Below, in pieces: positions 48,071 through 58,090 of a stretch of DNA of 64,000 nucleotides. The stretch is taken from IMG/VR virus record IMGVR_UViG_3300045988_132920; one strand, written 5' to 3'. Under the pieces are notes generated by a model. That model had not been told where the DNA came from, made no database searches, and saw only the letters and a list, made by a program, of their open reading frames with translations. This DNA comes from a virus. The position numbers and the translations under genes are program-made. Each line of letters opens with the position of its first letter. Positions within the stretch are counted from its first letter, which is position 1.

Positions 48071-48421
48071 ATGTCACAAACAGAAGACTTACATGTAACT
48101 ATACTTGGTCCTGCTGCATTTATGTTTGGTGCATTTGGGAAATTACTTTTCCACATGCACCTGCATGTACTACTAATCTTTGGATTCCTTATAGGACTAA
48201 TTATGTCTTATATAGCTATAAGATTTGGAGTAGACAAAGTATACACATTGTACAACCAAGGACAAATGGACCAAACAACAAGGCACATTCCAACAATACA
48301 AACTAAAAGAGTAGTGCATAAAGACTGGTGGAGCTTTTATTTGGAAGCACAAGTACTATACTTTCCACTTGCTACAATACTTGGAGGAATGATAGGAGTA
48401 TTATTAGGAGGACTTGTATGA
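48071..48421 (+). CDS. Small integral membrane protein, 116 aa.
   Basis: Three hydrophobic helices. It directly follows rtcB with RBS aggagtaagtattATG. Confidence 0.55.
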   Translation: MSQTEDLHVTILGPAAFMFGAFGKLLFHMHLHVLLIFGFLIGLIMSYIAIRFGVDKVYTLYNQGQMDQTTRHIPTIQTKRVVHKDWWSFYLEAQVLYFPLATILGGMIGVLLGGLV

Positions 48422-48520
48422 AGTTAGATAGAAAATTCTATAGTATAACTTATGTGAAAAGAGTACTAGGTGAAACTGTACTAAAGCTATTTTTAGCACA
48501 ATTAAAGAGGATATTATAAA

Positions 48521-49396
48521 GTGCCAATAGAAATAGAAGAAGTATGTTTCACAGAAAAAGTAGAGCTAGTAAAAGACACAGAACTAGCAGAAGCATATAA
48601 AAGAGAGGAAGATATTAACTCTTACTCTTTACAACATGCTTTTACACAAATACAAGAATCAAGACTGCAAAATGCAAGGAAATATATGTTTCTAAGTATT
48701 ACAGGTGAAGATGGCTTAATGTACTATGCAATAAATGCTAATACAAGAGTAATGATTAAAACAATAGTTAAAGCTCTTGGTAAAGTTCCAATGATAGGAT
48801 TAGCATGTAATAGGAGTCTTGAAGATATATTAATTACAAGTATGTCTAATGAAGTATTTGACCTTGATAAAGCAATGCTTGCTATACCAAGTAAATCTAT
48901 ACACGTGCAGATACATTTAAAAAGTAGCTCAGCTTCAGACAGAATTAAATGGTTCCACAGCAACGTGCAAGAACTTGAACAAAGTTTGAATGTACATATA
49001 CTAGACTATGAGTTTAAGGGCTTAACTGACCATGCTCTGGAACTAATGTATGGAAACTACATGTATGAAGACATAGTAACGTCAGTAGAACACAGAATAA
49101 GCAGTGATATTGCAACTAAGTGGAAATGGATTTCATCTCATATGACATTCCATTACTATATGGCATCACTTGCAAGGTCTTTTCAACTAGGTATAGGTGA
49201 TAACTTAACTGTTACTACAACTGGCTGGCTTGTAACAGACTCAAATGCACAAGATAGAATACCACTATATTCATGGGGTGCACAGCACTATAATTCATCA
49301 GGTGACACATATAATGACCTGGTTAATAAGTATTCAGCTACTGCATTCATAGGTAAGCCTTCAGATAAGTATATACCTTTCAGATTCAAAGATTAA
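48521..49396 (+). CDS. Hypothetical protein, 291 aa (GTG start).
   Basis: RBS agagga 8 nt upstream of GTG 48521. Confidence 0.55.
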   Translation: MPIEIEEVCFTEKVELVKDTELAEAYKREEDINSYSLQHAFTQIQESRLQNARKYMFLSITGEDGLMYYAINANTRVMIKTIVKALGKVPMIGLACNRSLEDILITSMSNEVFDLDKAMLAIPSKSIHVQIHLKSSSASDRIKWFHSNVQELEQSLNVHILDYEFKGLTDHALELMYGNYMYEDIVTSVEHRISSDIATKWKWISSHMTFHYYMASLARSFQLGIGDNLTVTTTGWLVTDSNAQDRIPLYSWGAQHYNSSGDTYNDLVNKYSATAFIGKPSDKYIPFRFKD

Positions 49397-49440
49397 TATA
49401 TCATACCTAAATTCCATCCAATTTAAGAGTAATATCTAAT

Positions 49441-50289
49441 TTATACTACACCATCCTCCTCGGTGTAGTTTTTCTTATGTACCCTATAATATCCACCATA
49501 CCTTGAAACTGTAATGTCTTTGTTTTTCATAAACCCCTTCCTAATGCTATTAATTATTACTTTTGTAGAGGCTAAACTAATATTCATTCTAGCAGAGAAG
49601 TGCCTGTATATTTCATATATCTTTCTACCTTCAAACATATCAATAACATTGTCTAATGTTAGAAAATGACTATGTAAAAACTGCAAATGAGTTTTTGGAA
49701 TATAAGGGTGGTATTGTAAATTACCTTCAGCTATTGGATAACTCTTTAATGTGTAGTAGTCTAACCACGTACGAAGTGTTAGATTCCTCCTGTTATCTTT
49801 ACGAATCTTGCTAGGTACATACTCCTTAAATACTTCTTTTATCTGTTCCACAGTTAATCCAGATATTTTTGAGAGCTGTGGAATAGTTAATCCACATCTA
49901 TGCGTTAATAAAATGTCATATATAGTTTTATACAACTTACTAATAGGAGTGTCGCCTGTCATAATCTCATTAATAGCTTGTTTTATATCATCAACTGTAC
50001 AACCAAACCACTCTGTACCCTGTAGTCTATAAAATCCTTTTTGTTGTAGTACTTTATGTATATCTCTATCCGTTATATTAAAATCATTATCATAACTTGG
50101 TAAAATAAATAGTACATTGAATTGATTACCTTGTGTACACGGGTACCCTTGCAGCTGAGCTTGAATACGTGCTTCAACTGACCCTGTTGTTTGACCAATT
50201 TTAACTAGCCCTTTTCCAGAAGTAGTACTTGTTTGCCATGCTTGATTTCGACTGTGCTCTGTGTCATAGACGTAGATAGTTTGTGACAT
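49441..50289 (-). CDS. T5orf172 / GIY-YIG-like domain protein with a C-terminal DNA-binding region; putative homing-endonuclease-like or regulatory protein.
   Basis: The N-terminus IYVYDTEHSRN...GLVKIGQTTGSVEARIQ...GTEWFGCTVDDI matches the T5orf172 domain signature (YIY...KIGxT...R...EWF). It is a lone minus-strand gene among plus-strand genes, next to direct repeats. Confidence 0.65.
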   Translation of the reverse strand: MSQTIYVYDTEHSRNQAWQTSTTSGKGLVKIGQTTGSVEARIQAQLQGYPCTQGNQFNVLFILPSYDNDFNITDRDIHKVLQQKGFYRLQGTEWFGCTVDDIKQAINEIMTGDTPISKLYKTIYDILLTHRCGLTIPQLSKISGLTVEQIKEVFKEYVPSKIRKDNRRNLTLRTWLDYYTLKSYPIAEGNLQYHPYIPKTHLQFLHSHFLTLDNVIDMFEGRKIYEIYRHFSARMNISLASTKVIINSIRKGFMKNKDITVSRYGGYYRVHKKNYTEEDGVV

Positions 50290-50372
50290 TAATAAAATCT
50301 CCTTTTGTCAGAGAATCTAATAATATGGTAGCTGTATAAGCTGATAAGAGTAGGCTGTTGGTGGTTGCAAAT

Positions 50373-50463
50373 TGGTAAGAACAGAGTTATACAGGTTAAA
50401 AAGGTAGAGTAGATTAATAGTTGTAGAGGTTGGTAAGAACAGAGTTATACAGGTTAAAAAGGT
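50373..50463. repeat. Two perfect 34-bp direct repeats (ttggtaagaacagagttatacaggttaaaaaggt) separated by 23 bp.
   Basis: Copies at 50373-50406 and 50430-50463 read directly. They lie in the upstream region of the minus-strand T5orf172-like gene, in an ORF-free stretch. Confidence 0.85.
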
Positions 50464-50711
50464 GCTAACGGCTGAAACCCGCTGTGTGACTGGGTTATAG
50501 AAAGGTCGAAGTTTTCAGAAAATCCTAAAATTTCTGTGAGCCTCTAAAGACACACCCGACCACACCTGCTTTTCACCCTTCTATCGCCCTTTTTTCACTT
50601 CAAAAAATTGTTACAATAATTTACATAAAACATGCTTGCATGCTATTGACATTTAACTTTTTTAGTGTAATAATAGTATTATAAAGTTAAGCAAACGAAA
50701 GGGAAACGACC

Positions 50712-51185
50712 ATGACAACTTATGAAACACTTTACAACGCAATCGCAAAAGCGAACGAAAAACAAGGACTAAACGCAATGGACATCGCAAGGGGTACGAA
50801 GGCAACAGGCTCAAAAAATGGCATTAAGTACCTAAACATCGGGGGCGTAGTAGTTGCTTACTCTAGCGACAAGCAAGCATTACAAGCTAACAGAAACAGG
50901 GCATGCTCAATCGCTAGACAACAAACGGCAAGCATGAGAAACGGCATGTCTTATGGAGTACCTAACTGTGTAAGCCAAGTATATAGCGACTATTCAGCAT
51001 TTGTAGGAATTGAAAAAATCGGATTTGCAAGCCAAGCATACAAACTAGCCTACATCAGAAAATACTTGCAAGGTGAATTTTACTTCTTAATCGGTCAAGG
51101 CATAAGCAATAACTTCCACGAGATAATAAACGGAGATTACAACATAGTAAACAGTTTAGAAGATAAAAGGGATATATGGGGCTAA
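50712..51185 (+). CDS. Early-region hypothetical protein, 157 aa.
   Basis: Conserved leader aaacgaaagggaaacgaccATG. Promoter ttgaca 50646-50651. Confidence 0.6.
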   Translation: MTTYETLYNAIAKANEKQGLNAMDIARGTKATGSKNGIKYLNIGGVVVAYSSDKQALQANRNRACSIARQQTASMRNGMSYGVPNCVSQVYSDYSAFVGIEKIGFASQAYKLAYIRKYLQGEFYFLIGQGISNNFHEIINGDYNIVNSLEDKRDIWG

Positions 51186-51250
51186 AACCCCATTCCCTAC
51201 TGGGTTTTAACAATAAGTGATACATACAATTAAGTAAAGGAGAATTAAAA

Positions 51251-51616
51251 ATGAAACAAGCACAAGTAAACTACTCAACAATTACAGAAACTATCATTGA
51301 TGATGTAAAGCAAGCTATTATTGACATACAGGCAGGTGAAGATGATTGTTTTATGAAGTTCTTAAACAATGGCATGGTTGGTTATAGCCTTGCATGTTCA
51401 GGTGGTTATTCAATCATTTACGATTGTACAAATGACAGGCTAGTAGTAGCATGGTTGTTAAAGGTTAGAGGGTCAAACATTCATGATTGTATTGACGGGT
51501 CATGGGGTCAAGGTTATTATTTCGATAATAATGGGGGTAGTTACCTTAATGAACGATATGACATTGACAAGGTTGTAGATTTATTTGTCCGTAAAGCACT
51601 AGGGATTAGGGATTAA
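51251..51616 (+). CDS. Early-region hypothetical protein, 121 aa.
   Basis: RBS aaggagaattaaaaATG. Terminator hairpins 51611-51676 downstream. Confidence 0.6.
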   Translation: MKQAQVNYSTITETIIDDVKQAIIDIQAGEDDCFMKFLNNGMVGYSLACSGGYSIIYDCTNDRLVVAWLLKVRGSNIHDCIDGSWGQGYYFDNNGGSYLNERYDIDKVVDLFVRKALGIRD

Positions 51617-51954
51617 GCCTAATCCCTTTAGGGATTTAAGATTAAAGACTGATTGATGTTTCAATCAGTCTTTTAGTATTGATATAAAATATTCAATCTG
51701 GGGCTACTAGCAGGCTATTTAAGACAGGTTACAGTTAATGAATGATAGTTTATACAGTTTGATAGGTTGGAGGGCTTAACGGGGCTTGTAGCTCGTGTAA
51801 GATTGGCATGCTAAAATTGCATACTATTGTAACACAAGAATTTTATTTGTCAAGGGTTTATTAAGTTTTGTAACAAATTAAATACAGGGGTTGACATTTA
51901 AAATTTTTAGTGCTATTATATAAGAGTAGCAGATAAACGAAAGGGAATTAAAAA

Positions 51955-52254
51955 ATGTTAGAACACACTTTGAACATCGGACTTAATGACATGGTAACAC
52001 GCAAGCAAGAAATTGAAACCGACAGAGCTATTGAAATTATCGGTGCAGTGTTAGGGGATTGCACAGTAAAACAAGGTGCAACAGGCTTTTATGCTCACGA
52101 AGACGGCTCAAAAGTAGTTGAAAAATCACTTGAAGTAGTTGTATATGGTGGAAGACAAAAGCAAGTAATCGCTAAAGTTAGGGAGCTAAAAGTTCTTTTA
52201 AATCAAGAGAGCATAGTTTATAATTGCGAGCAGTCAAAAGCAAAATTTATCTAG
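51955..52254 (+). CDS. Early-region hypothetical protein, 99 aa.
   Basis: Cassette promoter (ttgaca 51891-51896, tattat 51914-51919) and leader aaacgaaagggaattaaaaaATG. Confidence 0.6.
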   Translation: MLEHTLNIGLNDMVTRKQEIETDRAIEIIGAVLGDCTVKQGATGFYAHEDGSKVVEKSLEVVVYGGRQKQVIAKVRELKVLLNQESIVYNCEQSKAKFI

Positions 52255-52330
52255 TTTAATGGGGGGATAACTCTCCCCCCCTATAAACTAATCTTAATTA
52301 AGTATGTAGTAAGTAGTAAAGGATAATAAA

Positions 52331-52576
52331 ATGAGTAAAGATGAGAGAATTATTTTAATGTTGTTTGTAGTAGCAGGATTTATTGGCATGTTGTTCTTAC
52401 CTATGTTAGGTATGCTTTATATATGGGACGAGATAGCACGCATGGCAGATAAGGCATGGCAAGTATGCGTTTTATATAAATGTTTATCAATCCTATGGTG
52501 CATGGCTACTTATGCAATTCAGTTTGGCATGGGCAAGATGATATTCAAGCATATTATTTGCAAGCAACCATTTTAA
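52331..52576 (+). CDS. Early-region small membrane protein, 81 aa.
   Basis: RBS aaaggataataaaATG. Two hydrophobic helices. Terminator 52598-52628. Confidence 0.55.
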   Translation: MSKDERIILMLFVVAGFIGMLFLPMLGMLYIWDEIARMADKAWQVCVLYKCLSILWCMATYAIQFGMGKMIFKHIICKQPF

Positions 52577-52597
52577 AATGATTTTAAAATAAGGATT

Positions 52598-52628
52598 TGA
52601 GCCATGACTTTACGGAGTCATGGCTTTT
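52598..52628 (+). terminator. Rho-independent terminator.
   Basis: agccatgact-ttacgg-agtcatggct then tttcg. Confidence 0.65.
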
Positions 52629-52746
52629 CGATTGGTTGTAGTATAGTGTGAGGTGCAAGCCGTGAAACGGCTATAACGCAGTTATAGCTTGTGTTTCAGG
52701 CATATAATAGATATAGGTTAAGTTTTGTAACATACTGAAAATTTTT

Positions 52747-52774
52747 ATTGACAAAATTTGATTTTGTGATACAA
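52747..52774 (+). promoter_or_regulatory. Family-B promoter (TTGACA-N16-tgaTACAATagtat), plus strand.
   Basis: ttgaca 52747-52752, tacaat 52769-52774. Further plus-strand members at 55726, 56695, 57383, 59085, 60967 and 61008. Confidence 0.6.
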
Positions 52775-52879
52775 TAGTATACACTATTATGGATTGTAAC
52801 AATATGTTAATATACTATTGACATATAAGTTTATTAGTGATATAATCATCATGTGGTACATAAATGAAAGGAAAGAATT

Positions 52880-53299
52880 ATGGATTTTAAACAAGGTATA
52901 TGCCCGTTATGTGGTAGTGAAAATTTGGATTACGGGGTATTACAACCTGATGACGATTGTATTTATTACCCGTGTGAATGTGGGGATTGTGGAGCTACTT
53001 TTAAGGAATATTACAGCCTTGATTTTTCAGGTCAAGAAAATATATCTGCTGGAGATACTGGGAATGTAGTTGAAAGATACACACTTGAAAGACAGGTTAA
53101 AGAGGGATTTTTCGCTGATTTATCATTATATAAAAAGATTGCTACCTTTGAAACTTACGAGGAAGCATGGGAAGCATACGAAAAGCAAACAGTAACAGGG
53201 GATTATGCTATCGTTAGAGCTAACTATAAAGTGGAAAATGATGAACTCACAGAGATAGTACAGACAAGGAAAGCTGAAACACTTGTAAACCATAAATAA
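52880..53299 (+). CDS. Early-region zinc-ribbon protein, 139 aa.
   Basis: CPLCGSEN...CECGDCGA four-Cys motif at the N-terminus. Tandem promoters at 52747 and 52817. Terminator 53301-53337. Confidence 0.6.
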   Translation: MDFKQGICPLCGSENLDYGVLQPDDDCIYYPCECGDCGATFKEYYSLDFSGQENISAGDTGNVVERYTLERQVKEGFFADLSLYKKIATFETYEEAWEAYEKQTVTGDYAIVRANYKVENDELTEIVQTRKAETLVNHK

Positions 53300-53300
53300 A

Positions 53301-53337
53301 GGGATAAGCATGCCAGTAGTTGGCATGCTTATTTTTA
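53301..53337. terminator. Rho-independent terminator, hairpin symmetric with flanking A/T runs.
   Basis: gggataagcatgcca-gtagt-tggcatgcttatttttaac. Confidence 0.7.
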
Positions 53338-53345
53338 ACATGCGT

Positions 53346-53378
53346 ATACTATTGTAACACAAAAAACTCATTTGTCAA
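53346..53378 (-). promoter_or_regulatory. Family-B promoter on the minus strand, antisense and directly downstream of terminator 53301-53337.
   Basis: The minus strand reads ttgacaaatgagttttttgtgttacaatagtat. The same arrangement recurs at 51823, 54136, 54866, 55787, 58088 and 59134. Confidence 0.5.
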
Positions 53379-53414
53379 GTGTTTATTAAGAAGTGTAACA
53401 AATTAAATAAAGGG

Positions 53415-53443
53415 GTTGACATATAAGTTTATTAGTTGTATAA
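53415..53443 (+). promoter_or_regulatory. Family-A cassette promoter (gggTTGACAt-N17-TATAAT with TGn extended -10).
   Basis: ttgaca 53415-53420, tataat 53438-53443. Equivalent copies at 51891, 52817, 54213, 54939, 55859, 56774, 57446, 58165, 59207, 61719, 63097 and 63949. Confidence 0.65.
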
Positions 53444-53474
53444 TATTCATGTAAATAAACGAAAGGAATTAAAC

Positions 53475-54095
53475 ATGAAAGTAAATGACTTTATTATGGC
53501 AGTACTAGACCATTCAAAAACAGACCCAAGTATATTAAACAAGGAATTGCAGTTATATAATTCAGCCGAACGCAAATCCTATGCAACAGACTCAATTCCA
53601 ACTTTTGTTGACCTATCAGATGACAAGTATCTTGATATAGTGTTTAACAATCAAGGGAACATTGCAGATATAAGACAGGAACTGGAGGGGAAAGCCTTAA
53701 ATCCTGTGCAAGTATTAAATGGGTGGAGTGGCTTATACACTATTGTCAAGAATGCACTTGCTAAAATTGAAACACCTAATGAAACAGAGATGTGCTTAAT
53801 TCAACAATACTACTATAATAAGCTCATTGAGAATTTACAAGGTATAAAAGCCATTGACAAATCAGTTGAACTTGTTGAGGATGAGGGGCTTGAGTTTATG
53901 CGACACATTGATGTTGAAATTAACTTCAACAACGGTGGTGGGCATGCAGGAATACGAGCTTTTATTACAATAACAAAGGATAACAAGAACGAAATTCAAG
54001 CCTATGTGCAAGATGAGTTTTACGGAACTATTCCACAAGAGGATAATTATTTTGAAGATATAAACATTAACAACCTTATCGCTTATCTACAATAA
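53475..54095 (+). CDS. Early-region hypothetical protein, about 206 aa.
   Basis: Start reassigned to ATG 53475 behind leader aaacgaaaggaattaaacATG. Cassette promoter ttgaca 53415-53420, tataat 53438-53443. Terminator 54097-54134. Confidence 0.6.
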   Translation: MKVNDFIMAVLDHSKTDPSILNKELQLYNSAERKSYATDSIPTFVDLSDDKYLDIVFNNQGNIADIRQELEGKALNPVQVLNGWSGLYTIVKNALAKIETPNETEMCLIQQYYYNKLIENLQGIKAIDKSVELVEDEGLEFMRHIDVEINFNNGGGHAGIRAFITITKDNKNEIQAYVQDEFYGTIPQEDNYFEDININNLIAYLQ

Positions 54096-54096
54096 A

Positions 54097-54134
54097 GGGA
54101 ACAGGCATGCACACTAGCATGCCTGTTCTTTTGT
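54097..54134 (+). terminator. Rho-independent terminator.
   Basis: gggaacaggcatgc-acact-agcatgcctgttcttttg. Confidence 0.7.
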
Positions 54135-54272
54135 TTAATGAAATACTATTGTACCACAAAAAACTCATTTGTCAAGTGTTTGTTAAGAAATGTAAATTTA
54201 TAAAACAATGTATTGACATTTAAGTTTATTAGTGTTATTATATAAGAGTAGATAAACGAAAGGAACACAGAT

Positions 54273-54461
54273 ATGGCAACAAATTTTGAAATGTTTTTAG
54301 ACACAGTAAACGGATTAAAGTACTCACAAGGCTTTTATAGCAGACTCGCAAATCAAATTGCTGAAATGTCAGAAGAAGACTTAAACAGAGCTAAAGAAGA
54401 AATCAATGCACTACCTCAATTCAATGACCAACTTGATGTAATATTGTGGTTAGAACAATAG
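54273..54461 (+). CDS. Early-region small protein, 62 aa.
   Basis: Cassette promoter (ttgaca 54213-54218) and leader gataaacgaaaggaacacagatATG. Confidence 0.55.
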   Translation: MATNFEMFLDTVNGLKYSQGFYSRLANQIAEMSEEDLNRAKEEINALPQFNDQLDVILWLEQ

Positions 54462-54472
54462 GAGAGTTACAG

Positions 54473-54805
54473 ATGTTAAACGACTTAGACTTAATGGTGA
54501 AACTATTTGACAATAAGTTAAATGAATATCATACAGACAGCCTTGTGAAATTCCGCAAGGCAGTTGAAGACAAAGTTCTTGATACAGAAACAAAGCAAGC
54601 CTTAATGCAGTTAAGCACAGAAGACCTTGCAAATCTCATGCGTATTGCAGAAAATGCACACATTGACGAGATGAACGGCAGAGAAACGCAATGGGATACA
54701 GTAGCAGAGCATGCCAAGTCATCAATAGCACAGTTTGCACTTAACAACCTATCGGTTGAAGAATTGCAAGAATGGACTGATATATGTAATGCAATGGCAT
54801 GCTAA
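54473..54805 (+). CDS. Early-region hypothetical protein, about 110 aa.
   Basis: Start reassigned to ATG 54473 after RBS taggagag. Terminator 54834-54860. Confidence 0.55.
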   Translation: MLNDLDLMVKLFDNKLNEYHTDSLVKFRKAVEDKVLDTETKQALMQLSTEDLANLMRIAENAHIDEMNGRETQWDTVAEHAKSSIAQFALNNLSVEELQEWTDICNAMAC

Positions 54806-55001
54806 AACAGAGTTAATTTATACGGTGATTACTAGCACACATTTGTGTGCTTTTTCTTTAGTAGTGAAATACTATTGTAACATAAAAAACTCATTTGTCA
54901 AGTGTTTGTTAAGCAATGTAAATTTATTAAACATACTATTGACATTAAAGTTTTTTAGTTGTATAATGATTATGTGATAGATAAACGAAAGGGAACAAGA
55001 C

Positions 55002-55622
55002 ATGGAAAGACCAGTAAAGATTGAAATTAACAAGGACGAAGAAAAAAGGATTTACATAAATGATGACATCTTCATTGATATATCAAACAATGGGGGCAGA
55101 GAGTATGACATCTATGTATTTGACCAAATGAAATGTGTAGCAACACAGAGCATGGATATAATAGGCATAAGGGAAGACCAATACACCTATGACAAACGAA
55201 CAGTAAAAGAACTCAACAGAGAGCATATACACAGGGCAGAAGTAACAAACATATTAAGCATACTTGATAAGCACACTAAATCCTTACAGGATAAGTTTGC
55301 TAAACTATGTGCAACTAAAAGACCTTTAACTGCTTCTGAAATAATGTTTACTGAAAAAGAAGTTCAAGAACTATTTAAAGGTGAGGTTACATACATTGAG
55401 CTATGCCCTAACACTGATGACAGTATAAGTGTTTTTGTAGTTTTCGAGGGTAAGGTAGGTGTATTTTATGAAATGAATAAAATACACCTACCTTACAAGG
55501 GTTTTCAACATAAACGAACTATTGAGTACTACACAGTTTATAATTCCTTTAGTGATGAAACTACCCTTGAACTAAACGAAAGAACATTGCGAGCTATTGA
55601 CAGAGATGAGTGCCGACTGTAA
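55002..55622 (+). CDS. Early-region hypothetical protein, 206 aa.
   Basis: Cassette promoter (ttgaca 54939-54944, tataat 54962-54967) and leader aaacgaaagggaacaagacATG. Hairpin 55610-55633 at the stop. Confidence 0.6.
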   Translation: MERPVKIEINKDEEKRIYINDDIFIDISNNGGREYDIYVFDQMKCVATQSMDIIGIREDQYTYDKRTVKELNREHIHRAEVTNILSILDKHTKSLQDKFAKLCATKRPLTASEIMFTEKEVQELFKGEVTYIELCPNTDDSISVFVVFEGKVGVFYEMNKIHLPYKGFQHKRTIEYYTVYNSFSDETTLELNERTLRAIDRDECRL

Positions 55623-55919
55623 CCAGTCGGCACAACCCCACTTCACCCCTATAACCCCCATTTTACAAGGGTTAGAGGGGTATTTTAGGTAGGTATTAAG
55701 TTTTGTAACAATCTGAAAATTTTTATTGACAAATAACTTTTTTGTGGTACAATAGTATTCACCATGCCCGTGATTGAGCATGAAAATATACTATTGTAAC
55801 ACAGGTTAGATTGATTGTCAAGTACATGTTAAGAATTGTAACAATTAAATACATGGGGTTGACATAAGAAATCTTTAGTTGTATAATAATTATGTGATAC
55901 AAAACGAAAGGGAATACAA

Positions 55920-56114
55920 ATGAGAAAAGAAGATTTACAGGAACTCCTTAACAAATGTGGTGAGATTGAGCTTGATTTAACCTTATCACAGGAAGATGAT
56001 GAAATTATTTTAACAATAGGGTCAGAAAATTCATCTGGAGAGGAATACATCATAAATAACACAGATGACATTAAAAACATTATTGAAGATTACATAGCAG
56101 ATTTATATGAATAA
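55920..56114 (+). CDS. Early-region small acidic protein, 64 aa.
   Basis: Cassette promoter (ttgaca 55859-55864, tataat 55882-55887) and leader aaaacgaaagggaatacaaATG. Confidence 0.55.
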   Translation: MRKEDLQELLNKCGEIELDLTLSQEDDEIILTIGSENSSGEEYIINNTDDIKNIIEDYIADLYE

Positions 56115-56132
56115 ACGAAAGGGAACATGAAC

Positions 56133-56684
56133 ATGAAACAACACACAATTTGGAAAGATACTTCAATGTGGACTGTAAAGAACATTGACGAGGCAAAAGC
56201 AAGTGCTAGAGCAGAACTAATAGACAACGGATTTGAAAATCCAACAGACGAGCAAATAAGCGAATATATCGAACAGGATAACGAATTTGAATATCAAGCA
56301 ACATACAACAAGTTCAAACAAGTACAAACTAACGGCAAAATTGTTCTTGTTGCAGATAATGCAACATGGAGAGGTAGGAGAGTAGGCTTAAAATATTTAG
56401 GACACAATTTAGGTAATATTTTACAGTCATTCTTCAACGGCTACCCTGCTTTTACTTATGATAGGTTTAACATCAGAGGTGAGGAATGCCACCATGACCA
56501 ACGATTTTGCAGCGATAGCAGACCTAATCAGTATTTATTCAGAGAGCTTAAGGAAGAATACAGTGATATGGACGATTATAGGCTATGTGAGTTGCTTGTG
56601 CAAGATAATGAGATTAACAAACGCAATTTAGCAAAATATACAAAATCATTAAGACCATATTTAAAGGAAGTATGGGGGATTTAA
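56133..56684 (+). CDS. Early-region hypothetical protein, about 183 aa.
   Basis: Leader aaacgaaagggaacatgaacATG. The second ATG is chosen for its RBS spacing. Confidence 0.55.
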   Translation: MKQHTIWKDTSMWTVKNIDEAKASARAELIDNGFENPTDEQISEYIEQDNEFEYQATYNKFKQVQTNGKIVLVADNATWRGRRVGLKYLGHNLGNILQSFFNGYPAFTYDRFNIRGEECHHDQRFCSDSRPNQYLFRELKEEYSDMDDYRLCELLVQDNEINKRNLAKYTKSLRPYLKEVWGI

Positions 56685-56901
56685 TCCCTCATACTTGACA
56701 AATAATTATTTTATGATACAATAGTATGCTTGTCATGTAATTGTAAAGATATGTTACAACAATAAATAAGTATTTGACATTTTAATTTGTTAGTGCTATC
56801 ATATACATGTATTAAGGATAAAGAAAAGCACTTGACAAATAATTACTTTTCACCTATACTTAATCATGTGATACATAAGACAAAAGAAAGGGAACAACAT
56901 C

Positions 56902-57309
56902 ATGGCAATCAAGGTAAAAGACGAAGTAAGAAAAGGCATAAGCTACACTAAAAGGGAAATTGTAGACCTAGAAGAACTTATTGCTGAATGTGATGAAGCA
57001 ATAGGCTACATGTCAGAAACTACTTTTACAAGACACCGTAACGCACACAGAATTAACAAGGTAATTGAGCAGAAGAAGTCAGCACAACAAGAGCTATCAC
57101 TTCAAAAGTTAAGCCTTAAAAACTATGCTGAATTTTACGGTCTTAAAAAGTCAGATGTTGAAGCAGTTGCACCAGCGACAGATGAGCAACTGGAAAAGGA
57201 CTGGCAAGCAGACTTAAGGGAAGCAAATAAACCATATAACCCTAACGACCTAATAAAACTTATGGAACAGTTTGACAGGGAACACCCTCAACAATTTGAA
57301 ATAGTATAA
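56902..57309 (+). CDS. Early-region hypothetical protein, 135 aa.
   Basis: Three promoters upstream (56695, 56774, 56833). RBS aaagaaagggaacaacatcATG. Confidence 0.6.
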   Translation: MAIKVKDEVRKGISYTKREIVDLEELIAECDEAIGYMSETTFTRHRNAHRINKVIEQKKSAQQELSLQKLSLKNYAEFYGLKKSDVEAVAPATDEQLEKDWQADLREANKPYNPNDLIKLMEQFDREHPQQFEIV

Positions 57310-57501
57310 CTCTTGTTCGGAAACATAAATTAGGCACAGGTTCACAGAGCTTGTGCCTATTGCCTTTTAGATGTAAGTATTGACAAATAATTATTTTATG
57401 GTACAATAGTATCTTTTGCATGCCTGTATAATATCGAGGGTTGACAAACAACTTTTTTAGTGTTATAATATACATGTGATACCAAACGAAAGGGAACATA
57501 T

Positions 57502-57693
57502 ATGACTGTAAGAATACTAAACACATGCCCGATTTGTGGCTGTTCAAAATTCAAGTATCAAGATGATGGATTTATGTGCCTTGATTGTGGTGAGTTCTCA
57601 TACATAGAGGACATGACCTCAACAGCTTTAGAAGTGCATGAGTTATCTGAACATGATTTGATTGACAGGTCATTAGTAAAGGGGGAACAATAA
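57502..57693 (+). CDS. Early-region zinc-ribbon mini-protein, 63 aa.
   Basis: CPICGCSKF...CLDCGEF. Leader aaacgaaagggaacatatATG. Confidence 0.55.
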   Translation: MTVRILNTCPICGCSKFKYQDDGFMCLDCGEFSYIEDMTSTALEVHELSEHDLIDRSLVKGEQ

Positions 57694-58073
57694 TGAGTAT
57701 AAAAGAACAATTACAAATAACGATTGTACAAAAGATGATTGTACGAAGTCCTTTTGCAAAAGGTAACTGTAAGGAATACATACTTGATTTAACATACAAT
57801 AATAAGACAATGCGTTATAACTTTTATGATAGTGTGTATAATTATGAGAACAACCAAGAGCTTAATAAGTTTGAAACACTTTATGCAATCCTTACAGACC
57901 GTAGAGCATACAGATATTCAAGAAGTGTAGAGGACTTTGCAAAAGAGTTTGGTTACACAGATGAAGAAAAGGCAAGGAAAGTATATAGTGCTTGTAAGAA
58001 GATAGCACTTGACCTTGAAAGACTATTCACAGAGGAAGAACTAGAACAGCTTGAGCAAGAAGTAGAAGTGTAG
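57693..58073 (+). CDS. Early-region hypothetical protein, 126 aa.
   Basis: TAATG overlap with the upstream gene. Terminator 58069-58090. Confidence 0.55.
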   Translation: MSIKEQLQITIVQKMIVRSPFAKGNCKEYILDLTYNNKTMRYNFYDSVYNYENNQELNKFETLYAILTDRRAYRYSRSVEDFAKEFGYTDEEKARKVYSACKKIALDLERLFTEEELEQLEQEVEV

Positions 58074-58090
58074 GGAATTCCCTACACTTT
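58069..58090 (+). terminator. Rho-independent terminator.
   Basis: Palindrome tgtagggaattccctaca followed by tttt. Confidence 0.6.

Larger units (their letters stand above)
53338..53445. repeat. Representative copy of the repeated intergenic promoter cassette. Other copies start near 51823, 54136, 54866, 55787, 58088 and 59114.
   Basis: Conserved block atactattgtaacac-aaaaaactcatttgtcaag-tgttt(a/g)ttaag-N-ggggttgacat-N17-tataat. The conserved leader ...aaacgaaaggga follows. Confidence 0.8.

Noticed and set aside
52818-53069. 83-aa ORF overlapping the 52880..53299 Zn-ribbon gene.
   Set aside because: It begins inside the cassette promoter (ttgaca/tataat) and lacks an RBS. The overlapping frame has the conserved leader and RBS.
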